Below the pieces are notes generated by a model, which searched no databases, had not been told where the DNA came from, and was given only the letters and a program-made list of their open reading frames with translations. A stretch of 64,000 bases of DNA. Origin: an uncultured candidate division Zixibacteria bacterium (lineage in GTDB: Bacteria; Zixibacteria; MSB-5A5; GN15; FEB-12). Within the stretch, counting starts at the first letter, position 1, and each line of letters opens with the position of its first letter. The translations under genes and the position numbers were made by a program. The DNA lies in NCBI GenBank assembly GCA_963735035.1, contig CAVTJJ010000003.1, positions 128,001-192,000 of the forward strand, written 5' to 3'. Below are positions 20,566 through 31,049 of this stretch, piece by piece.

Positions 20566-22263
20566 CTACGACACCTGCATCGCCGATTGACTCTCGGACC
20601 ATTCGCCCCAGACACCCCGGAGCACATCACACATCTCGCCCACCGAGCCGTACACCCGCGCACAATCGAGAATCGCCGGGAACGTATTCCCCGTGCCGGA
20701 CGCTACATCGCGCAGTCGATTCAGCGCCGCCTGTACTTTGACATTGTCGCGCCCGGCCTTGATCTTCTTGCAGAACGCCACCTGCGCGTGCTCCATCGCC
20801 TGGTCGATCCGAAGCACCGGGATGTCAACCTTCTCGTTTTCGAGAACGAAATCGTTCACACCTACCACGACCCGCTCTTTCTTTTCGATCTCGCGCTGAT
20901 AGGCGTAGGCCGAGCGGGCGATTTCGCGCTGGAAGTAACCGTCCTCGATAGCCTCGAACACGCCGCCGCGCTCTTCGATCTCGGCGAAAATCTTCTCCGC
21001 CTCGGCTTCCATCTGGTCGGTCAGCGCCTCGACAAACCACGAACCGCCGAGCGGGTCAATCGTGTTGGCCACGCCGGTTTCATAGGCGAGCACCTGCTGC
21101 GTGCGAAGAGCGATCCGGGCCGCCTTGTCGCTCGGCAGCGCTAGAGTTTCATCCATGGAATTCGTATGCAATGACTGCGTACCGCCCAGCACCGCCGAGA
21201 GCCCCTGAAGCGCCACGCGCGCGATATTGATCTCCGGCTGCTGTGCGGTCAGCGAGCATCCGGCCGTCTGGGTATGGAACCGGAGCAGCCAGCTTCGTTC
21301 GTCTTTGGCGTGGTACTTGTCACGCATCCGCTTGGCGTAGATGCGGCGCGCCGCCCGATACTTGGCGATTTCCTCGAAGAAATCAGAGTGGGCGTTGAAG
21401 AAATACGAGAGCCTCGGCGCGAAAGCGTCGACGTCCTGCCCGGCCGCAATGGCCGATTCTATGTACTGGAACCCGTCGGCCAGGGTAAACGCCAGCTCCT
21501 GTGCGGCGGTCGCGCCCGCCTCGCGGATATGATAGCCGGAAATCGAAATCGTGTTGTATTGCGGAACGTGCTCAGTGCAGTAGGCCATCATATCGGTGAT
21601 GAGCCGCACCGACGGTCGCGGCGGGAAAATATATTCTTTCTGCGCGATATATTCTTTGAGGATATCATTCTGAAGCGTGCCGCGCACCTGAGAGAACGGA
21701 ACGCCCTGTTTCTCGGCGACCGCCAGGTACATGGCGAGAAGGATCGACGCCGGCGAGTTGATGGTCATCGACGTAGATACTTTGGCGAGGTCGATCTTGT
21801 CGAAGATGATTTCCATGTCGGCGAGGGTGTCGACCGCCACGCCGCACTTGCCGACTTCGCCGAGGGCGCGGGCGTGATCGGAATCGTAACCCATGAGAGT
21901 GGGCAGGTCAAACGCAGTCGAAAGGCCGGTGCCGCCTTCTTTGAGGAGCATCAGGAAGCGTTCGTTGGTCTGGCGCGGGTTGCCCATCCCGGCGAACTGG
22001 CGCATGGTCCAGAGGCGGGTGCGGTACATGGTGTGATGGACGCCACGGGTGTAGGGGAACTCGCCCGGCAGGCCGATGTGGCTCCAGTAGTGTTCGGGGT
22101 TGTCACCGTCCTGGATAGAATTCGGGCCGTAGAGTTCGTCGATGTCGACACCGGACACGGTGAAGAACCTCGGGAGCGATTTCTTGCCCCGGGATTTCGC
22201 GGCCTGCTTGTCCCATTCGCGCAGTCGGGCGTTGAGTTTGTCTAGGTGCTTTCTATCGAACAT
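20566..22263 (-). CDS. icmA: Isobutyryl-CoA mutase-type large subunit
   Basis: WTMRQFAG (Phe) and KEYIAQKE (Gln) replace the Tyr/Arg of MCM; start MFDRKH. Confidence 0.8.
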   Translation of the reverse strand: MFDRKHLDKLNARLREWDKQAAKSRGKKSLPRFFTVSGVDIDELYGPNSIQDGDNPEHYWSHIGLPGEFPYTRGVHHTMYRTRLWTMRQFAGMGNPRQTNERFLMLLKEGGTGLSTAFDLPTLMGYDSDHARALGEVGKCGVAVDTLADMEIIFDKIDLAKVSTSMTINSPASILLAMYLAVAEKQGVPFSQVRGTLQNDILKEYIAQKEYIFPPRPSVRLITDMMAYCTEHVPQYNTISISGYHIREAGATAAQELAFTLADGFQYIESAIAAGQDVDAFAPRLSYFFNAHSDFFEEIAKYRAARRIYAKRMRDKYHAKDERSWLLRFHTQTAGCSLTAQQPEINIARVALQGLSAVLGGTQSLHTNSMDETLALPSDKAARIALRTQQVLAYETGVANTIDPLGGSWFVEALTDQMEAEAEKIFAEIEERGGVFEAIEDGYFQREIARSAYAYQREIEKKERVVVGVNDFVLENEKVDIPVLRIDQAMEHAQVAFCKKIKAGRDNVKVQAALNRLRDVASGTGNTFPAILDCARVYGSVGEMCDVLRGVWGEWSESQSAMQVS

Positions 22264-22420
22264 CTCTCGTTTATCTCCTTGCCGGTCAGAACATTTACCA
22301 TAATACAAAGGTCCCGCAAAAGCAAGCAAGCAGGTGTTCTTCCGTGTCGGGCCGGGTCGACGTATCCGCCACGGCCACAAGCCATTACGATTCACCATGT
22401 ACGGTAACTGAGGCGATCAA

Positions 22421-23000
22421 TCGGTTGCGGCAGGTCCTGACCGAGTCCGCCACGGGCGGATGAGGTTGTGACCTGCCGCCTTCAGCGCGACTCAAGCTCG
22501 GGTAGGGCAGAACCCTCGCCGCCTCGGCGAGTGGTTCTGCCATCTTCGCGCGTGACTTCCGTAGCGTGGCAATCTCAAATCGGCACCATCGGTGCGAGCC
22601 GGCAGATGTGGACATCTGCCGGGCACGTGGTATGAACGGCGAATGAGGCGCTATTCGGTTGCGGCAGGTCCTGACCGAGACCGTCGGAGGCGGTCGAGGT
22701 TGTGACCTGCCGCATTCCGCGCGGCTCAAGTTCGGGTAGGGCAGAACCCGCGCCGCTTCGGCGAGCGGTTCTGCCATCTTCGCGCGTGGCCTCCATAGCG
22801 TTGCAATCTCAATTCGACGCATCAGTGCGAGCCGGCAGATGTGGACCCGCCTGCGGCGGGCCGGGCACTCTTCATGAGCGAGCTTCCCCTCTGTCTTGCC
22901 CCGCTTCAGGCGGGGCATCCAGGGCGACAAATCCCACCCGTTGGGTGGGGTACCGAAGAGTGTTGTGCGAGCCGGCAGATGTGGGCATCTGCCGGGCACG
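22421..23000. repeat. Composite REP array: two ~210-bp units at 234-bp period plus extra hairpins
   Basis: 22421-22629 vs 22655-22868 align by eye; each carries several different palindromes. Confidence 0.85.
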
Positions 23001-23043
23001 TGAGAAAATGACCTGTTTCGAACCGAGGCCGAATCTAGCCCAC

Positions 23044-24054
23044 CTACCGCTTCAGGAATTGCCGATAGAGCTGGTCACTGATCATGTACGGATTGGTCTG
23101 GCCGGTGCGAATCTGCTCGATCGCTTTGTCCAACTCGGACTCGTCGGCCAGATGACTGATGAATTCACCCTGAAACCGGTGAATGAGGATGTTGAGAATC
23201 TTCTTCCGCAGGCGGCGGCGGCGGTTCCGGTCGAACAATCCTGATTCTCGACTGTGTTCGAGATATCCGTTGATAGCCGCAAACAGGGCGTCGACATTCT
23301 TGCCGGAAGTTGCCTCGGTCTGGATAATCGGAATGGTATGATCTTCGCCATTGTCATGGCTGACCAGCGTGTGCCGCTGGGTTGTCAGTCCACTGGCCGC
23401 GTGTCGGGCGCGGGATACCATCAACTGGGTTTCGAGCGTATGGCGCAGGTCGGCGGCGAGACGTTCTGCCCCCGGACGGTCGGCCTTGTTGAGACAGAAA
23501 ATGTCGGCGATTTCCATCAAACCGGCTTTGAGCATCTGGACAGCATCGCCCGACTCCGGCACAATGACGACCACGACCACATCGCAGGTATCGATAATGT
23601 CGAGCTCTACCTGTCCGACTCCGACCGTTTCGATCAAAGTGATATCGAATCCAAAGGCATCGTAGAGAATCGCCACGTTGTCGGTGGCCGCGGCCAGTCC
23701 ACCGGTGGCGCCACGAGTGGCCATCGAGCGGAAATAGATGCGGCCGTCGATAGGAAAATCATTCATCCGGACCCGGTCACCCAGAAGCGCCCCACCGGTA
23801 AAGGGCGAAGTCGGGTCAACCGCAACGATGCCGATCTTCTTATTCTGATTCAGGAATTGGCGGGCCAGACCGTTGACGAGAGTCGATTTGCCTGCGCCGG
23901 GAGGACCGGTGACACCGATTCGGAGCGAATGTCCCGCTTTCGAATAGAGCCGCCCGAGCAGGTCCTGAAAACCCTCACCCCGGTTCTCGACATGGGACAC
24001 CAGCCGCGACAGCGCCCGAATGTCCCCTTGCTCGAACCGCTCCAGAAGAGTCAT
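23044..24054 (-). CDS. meaB: Mutase-associated GTPase chaperone
   Basis: GPPGAGKST, AVDPTSPFTGGALLGDRVRM, ETVGVGQ, NKAD. Confidence 0.95.
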   Translation of the reverse strand: MTLLERFEQGDIRALSRLVSHVENRGEGFQDLLGRLYSKAGHSLRIGVTGPPGAGKSTLVNGLARQFLNQNKKIGIVAVDPTSPFTGGALLGDRVRMNDFPIDGRIYFRSMATRGATGGLAAATDNVAILYDAFGFDITLIETVGVGQVELDIIDTCDVVVVVIVPESGDAVQMLKAGLMEIADIFCLNKADRPGAERLAADLRHTLETQLMVSRARHAASGLTTQRHTLVSHDNGEDHTIPIIQTEATSGKNVDALFAAINGYLEHSRESGLFDRNRRRRLRKKILNILIHRFQGEFISHLADESELDKAIEQIRTGQTNPYMISDQLYRQFLKR

Positions 24055-24057
24055 GGC

Positions 24058-25803
24058 TCAGTATCCGGTTGTGAACTCTCCGACGGTCGGTTTGATGTCA
24101 CGCACCCGCATCTGCACTTTGGTGACACCGCGATAGGTATTGAACTCCAGAGCGTAGACTACATCCACCAGACAGCCCCGATCCGATAAATCGCGGGCCA
24201 TGTGGCCAAAACCGAATCCGATAACGTCGACCACGGCGCCATCCTTGCCGAGCTGCATCTTCAGGTGATTGCTTCCCACGACATAAGGCACGTCGATGAT
24301 TTCGCAGTTGCGGGTCAGGAATATGGGGCGCATGTTTTGCGGACCAAACGGCGCGAATTGCTCAAGCAGACGGACGAATTCTTCGGTGATATCATCCAGT
24401 CCGATTTCCAGATCGATGTTTAACTTGGGAGTGGTATCCTCCAGCGTGAGGTTTTGCCGGGAAACCTCTCTGAACAGATCGCGAAAGGCCGGGATATTCT
24501 CCGACTTGATCGAAAGCCCGGCGGCGTACTTGTGACCACCATAGCGCATCAAAAGATGTTCGCACTGCTTGAGAGCTTCACACAGGTGGAATCCGGGTAT
24601 CGAGCGAGCCGAACCTTTGCCTTCGCCGTCGCTAATCGCGATCATGACGGTCGGCAGATGATAGCGTTCCACCAGACGACTGGCGACAATCCCGATAACC
24701 CCCTGATGCCACCCCTCAGCGGAAAGCACGATCGCCTTGTCCTGTTCCAAATCAACCGTCTGTTCCATCTGGGCGAGTGCTTCCTGAAGCGTTTGCTCGT
24801 CAATCTCTTTGCGGCGGCGGTTTTCGCTGTCGAGTTTGCGGGCGATATCGGACGCCAGACGTTCGTCGCGCGTGGCCAGCAGGCGGGCCGCTTGACGGGC
24901 GTCACCCAGGCGGCCGATGGCGTTGAGGCGCGGCGCCAGGATAAATACCACCTGACCGGTGCCGATCTCTTTGCCCATCAAACCCGATACAAAAGCAAGC
25001 GACTTGATGCCCGGTTTGGTAGTGCGGGCTATCTGCTTGATTCCGAACTTGGTCAGCACGCGGTTTTCATCCACGAGCGGAACAATATCCGCGGATGTGC
25101 CCAGCGCCACGAGATCGAGATGTTCATGAAGTTCGTTTTCGTCCTGGCCGAGCCTCCGGTAAAGCGCCTGAGCGAATTTGTAGGCCACCCCGACTCCCGA
25201 CAATTCACCGCCGTAATCGCACGCCGACTGTTTGGGATTGATGATCGCCAGCGCTGCAGGAAGCGCATCGGCCGGTTCATGATGATCGGTCACGACCACA
25301 TCGATACCGATCGACGTTGCATATTTGATCTCTTCCACCGCGGTGATACCGGTATCGACCGTCACTACCAGAGACACACCGGCCTTCTTGGCCAGGTCAA
25401 TCCCCTCGGTCGAAAGGCCGTACCCTTCGGTCAGACGATTGGGCAGGTAGAAATCGGCGTTGGCTCCGAGCTTGTTTAGAACGAGATACAGGAGCGCGGT
25501 GGCCGTGATGCCGTCGACATCGTAATCGCCGTAGATAAGGATCTTCTCGTTGTTATAGAGGGCCTTGGTGAGACGGTCGATGCCCAGATCCATACCACTC
25601 ATTTCAAACGGATCTTTGAGATCGGCCAGACTCGGTTCGAGAAAGGTGTGGATAGATGCGGGCGTGTCCAGGCCACGGTTGACGAGAATCTTGACTATGT
25701 TCTTGGGCAGACTGGTATCTATAACCAGTTGGTCCACTAGCCGGAAATCAGGAGTACCGGCCAGTTCCCACCGGGGAGAAGCGGTCTTGTGAGCCAGGCT
25801 CAT
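24058..25803 (-). CDS. recJ: ssDNA-specific exonuclease RecJ
   Basis: YGDYDVDG, DHH, PRLNAIGR, GSARS, GGH. Confidence 0.96.
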   Translation of the reverse strand: MSLAHKTASPRWELAGTPDFRLVDQLVIDTSLPKNIVKILVNRGLDTPASIHTFLEPSLADLKDPFEMSGMDLGIDRLTKALYNNEKILIYGDYDVDGITATALLYLVLNKLGANADFYLPNRLTEGYGLSTEGIDLAKKAGVSLVVTVDTGITAVEEIKYATSIGIDVVVTDHHEPADALPAALAIINPKQSACDYGGELSGVGVAYKFAQALYRRLGQDENELHEHLDLVALGTSADIVPLVDENRVLTKFGIKQIARTTKPGIKSLAFVSGLMGKEIGTGQVVFILAPRLNAIGRLGDARQAARLLATRDERLASDIARKLDSENRRRKEIDEQTLQEALAQMEQTVDLEQDKAIVLSAEGWHQGVIGIVASRLVERYHLPTVMIAISDGEGKGSARSIPGFHLCEALKQCEHLLMRYGGHKYAAGLSIKSENIPAFRDLFREVSRQNLTLEDTTPKLNIDLEIGLDDITEEFVRLLEQFAPFGPQNMRPIFLTRNCEIIDVPYVVGSNHLKMQLGKDGAVVDVIGFGFGHMARDLSDRGCLVDVVYALEFNTYRGVTKVQMRVRDIKPTVGEFTTGY

Positions 25804-25830
25804 ATGTGCCTCACAGCAGCTGTGAGCCAG

Positions 25831-26199
25831 CGAAAGCAGAAGATAAGCCGAGTTCTGTGCGTCCTGTTGCGCAGGACGGCAGTCATTGATCTGGGCGGCC
25901 GGTTGCCCGGTCCGCTCCTGCGGCCTACCCGGGAATGGTAGCGGAGCGAATCAACTCCTCTTCCCCTATTTGGCCTTGCTCCGAGCGGGGTTTACCCACT
26001 GCTCCATCTCTGGAGTCAGCCGTGGTCTCTTACACCGCGATTTCACCCTTACCTCCGAACGAGTCGGCGGCGGTATGTTTCTGTGGCACTTTCCGTCGGA
26101 TTACTCCGCCCCGGCGTTACCGGGCGCTCTGATTCTGTGGAGCTCGGACTTTCCTCACTCTAAACGATGTTTAAAGCGCGACTGCTCCTTCTACTTTCG
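25831..26199 (-). ncRNA. rnpB: RNase P RNA (type A-like)
   Basis: GAGGAAAGTCC and CAGAACTCGGCTTA conserved boxes; ends CGAAAGTAGAAG / CTTCTGCTTTCG pair as P1. Confidence 0.95.
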
Positions 26200-26256
26200 T
26201 CGTCTCGAGTTAATATATACAAACAAACAACACTTCTCGATTTCATGGCCCACAGC

Positions 26257-28471
<2,215 letters not shown>

Positions 28472-28508
28472 GGGTAATGCCTCCTTAATGGGTTGAGTCA
28501 TAACCAAC

Positions 28509-28550
28509 AAAAAACCGCATTTCCCTGTGATCCGCGGGAAATGCGGTTTT
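28509..28550 (-). terminator. Hairpin terminator downstream of the tRNA pair (possibly bidirectional)
   Basis: AAAACCGCATTTCCC...GGGAAATGCGGTTTT. Confidence 0.75.
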
Positions 28551-28642
28551 AACCTCGCTATTTCGACCAGCCGTCTGTATGCGAATTTCAGTAATTACGG
28601 CTGGAATGAACCTTTTTTTCACGACACTCTTTTTACAATCTA

Positions 28643-28716
28643 TGGGCAATACTGGACTCGAACCAGTGACCTCTCGGATGTGAACCGAACGCTCTAACCA
28701 GCTGAGCTAATTGCCC
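28643..28716 (-). tRNA. tRNA-Val(CAC)
   Basis: Cloverleaf; anticodon loop TT-CAC-AT; CCA not encoded. Confidence 0.93.
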
Positions 28717-28745
28717 ATTCTTCAGTCCTATCCGTGCCCACAATC

Positions 28746-28819
28746 TGGGCCCAGTAGGACTTGAACCTACGACCCGCTGATTATGAGTCAGCTGCTCTAA
28801 CCAACTGAGCTATGGGCCC
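28746..28819 (-). tRNA. tRNA-Ile2(CAT, lysidine type)
   Basis: Anticodon CAT; GGGCCCA acceptor with C4-G69/C5-G68 TilS-type pairs; not initiator-like. Confidence 0.85.
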
Positions 28820-28978
28820 AAATGGCCAAGTCTTGTAACTTATGGCCTCAATCATGTTCCGTCAAGCCGAAATAGACCAAATTGGACGGTTTTATCAATT
28901 GATCGCTAATCCTGAATCAAGAGACCGGCCCGCCATGCGAGGCAGTCATAACGCGTTGTGGGTCAATTGGTTGCGTTC

Positions 28979-30439
28979 CTATTTCTTCCCCGGATCAGGA
29001 ATATCCTCGACAATTCCCGCCACCCGGCGCGCCGCCTGTACCTTTTCTTCCAGCTTTGCGGTAGCACCAATCACCAGCTTGGCCCCGTCGGGCGACCCAC
29101 CCCCGTGCATGCAGCCGGGCACCCCACCGCCGATCGTGCTCCATTCCACTAACCGGGCGGCCCGGGCGCGCGAATCGGCCGAGTGCTTTGCCGTTAGATA
29201 TTTCTTTATCAGGTGACCATACTTTCTCGACTGGAAATCTTTGTACGACGGCATACAGCCGGTTTCGGCGATTCCGCCGGCGATGTCCTGCGCCAGCACC
29301 GAAGTCTCATACGGCAGGGTCGCCACGTGGACTTTGTTGACATTGGACAAAAGCGGGTCGCACAGCCAGGCGCCGGAGGGGTGTTTCTTGCCTCGCGCCG
29401 CTGCCGCTATACCGACCGCGAACGTGGTCTCGTTGTTGATGACCATCCGGGTGACTTTGTCGCGGAAGATTTTGTCGGCGAGGCCGTTGGTGCGGGCGGT
29501 CAGCAGCGCCGAACCGATCTTGATATCCCCCTGCCCCGCCACACAGCCGCCGATTGCGGCGCGATACGGCATGATGAAATAGCTCACCGCCGGGAGCGCG
29601 TATTTTACTTCGCCGCACATGAAGACCCGCTCTTTCGGGACGAATACATCTTCGAAGAACAGGAACGCCTGCGTGATGCCGCCCTCGTGGACCGGGTTGT
29701 CGAACCCTTCTTCTTCGTCGCGGGTGTCGCTCGGGTGGCGGGTTTCGACTATGGTCAGACCTTTGACGTCTCTCGGAATCACGAACGAAATGGCGCAGTC
29801 AGCGTCTTCGTCGCGATAACCTGACCCTGGCAGAACGAAAATCTCATTGGCGGCCGCCACACCGCAGATCATGATTTTCGCTCCGCGAACTACGATACCG
29901 TCCGGTCGCTTCTCGACCATGTGCAGGAAGACATCTTTGTCGGCTTGCTGCGACGGTGATTTGGTGCGGTCGCCCTTGGCATCGGTGAGCGCACCGGCGA
30001 TCGTAATGTCACGCGTTTGAGCATCCTTGAGCCATGTCAAGAAACGCTGGTGATAATCCGTGCCGAGATCGTGGTCCATTTCCCAGGTCGTAACGAACAT
30101 GGCATTGAGCGCCGACCATCCGGCGCAGCGCCCGCCGGTGCAGGTGCCGGTGAGGTGAAACATCAACCGCTTCATATCAGAATTGGCGTACATGTCTTCG
30201 GCCGACTGAATGATCGAGAGGTACCGGCTGATCGGCTCGCCGGTCAGATGCGACACGGTCGTGACCTTGTCGCGCAGCTTGTCGTCGTGGGCCGCCTTGA
30301 AAGTCCACCCGTGGCCTTCGACAGTCCGGCGGGTGGCGGGGTGGGTGGTGACGTCCTCAATCAGTTGGTCGAACTTATGGATATTGGGACGGAGTTTCTT
30401 GAGGGAATCGAGATATTGCTGGTATGTTTTCAGAGCCAT
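28979..30439 (-). CDS. 4-hydroxybutyryl-CoA dehydratase / HpaB family flavoprotein, divergent
   Basis: ALTDAKGDR, GIVVRGAK, DVFVPKERVFM, MHGGGSP family motifs. Confidence 0.85.
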   Translation of the reverse strand: MALKTYQQYLDSLKKLRPNIHKFDQLIEDVTTHPATRRTVEGHGWTFKAAHDDKLRDKVTTVSHLTGEPISRYLSIIQSAEDMYANSDMKRLMFHLTGTCTGGRCAGWSALNAMFVTTWEMDHDLGTDYHQRFLTWLKDAQTRDITIAGALTDAKGDRTKSPSQQADKDVFLHMVEKRPDGIVVRGAKIMICGVAAANEIFVLPGSGYRDEDADCAISFVIPRDVKGLTIVETRHPSDTRDEEEGFDNPVHEGGITQAFLFFEDVFVPKERVFMCGEVKYALPAVSYFIMPYRAAIGGCVAGQGDIKIGSALLTARTNGLADKIFRDKVTRMVINNETTFAVGIAAAARGKKHPSGAWLCDPLLSNVNKVHVATLPYETSVLAQDIAGGIAETGCMPSYKDFQSRKYGHLIKKYLTAKHSADSRARAARLVEWSTIGGGVPGCMHGGGSPDGAKLVIGATAKLEEKVQAARRVAGIVEDIPDPGKK

Positions 30440-30554
30440 CTGTAGTCTCCTGTGAAGCCAAAACCTTCATCGCAGGGAGAATATAGCTCTTGTAGGTCGA
30501 ATTCGCCGCATGGATTTTTTGAGCGGCAAAACGGACATCCAGTAATGAATTATC

Positions 30555-30616
30555 GTGGGCGGCAGACGTCCTCGTCTGCCCCGTCTACGCTCTGGTGCCC
30601 CACCGCTTGCGGTGGG
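30555..30616. repeat. Two REP-like palindromes
   Basis: GGCAGACG-TCCT-CGTCTGCC and TGGTGCCCCACCGCTTGCGGTGGG. Confidence 0.65.
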
Positions 30617-31049
30617 TGGAGAACGCGCGGATTGAATATTTCATTTAGGCAAGATTGAACCGGACCCCAACTTGGCTACCTGATTTGCCATTGACGGAGT
30701 GGCAATTCTGAGACATGGTGACTCCAAAATCTGTCTCCGATTCGCAACTGCCTGACTCGAGCTGACCCGATATCGCTATGGTATCGTACTGCGAAGCAGC
30801 AAGTTGTGATTTCATTCCAATCCGGCATCCACATTGCAGTCGCGGAAGACGAAGTGAAGCCCGAGGATAGTACCGCAGACCAAATTGTGTGCGAAGAGCG
30901 TGACTATTCGGCTTTGTGAGTGGGAGCGACATATGCTCAAAACAGCTTGTTGTCTACTTGCGATAAGAGTATGCGAGCCTGCACGGAGAATCTGTTTGAT
31001 AATGCGGGCTTCAACAGTTCAGATCAACGGAACGTGTGTCAGAAATCCA

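Noticed and set aside
22264..23043. Cobalamin riboswitch upstream of the mutase genes, or the 204-aa and 180-aa ORFs
   Set aside because: No B12-box motifs seen; the region is built from REP palindromes found elsewhere and the ORFs are repeat translations
28746..28819. tRNA-Met
   Set aside because: No initiator features; acceptor stem fits lysidine tRNA-Ile2
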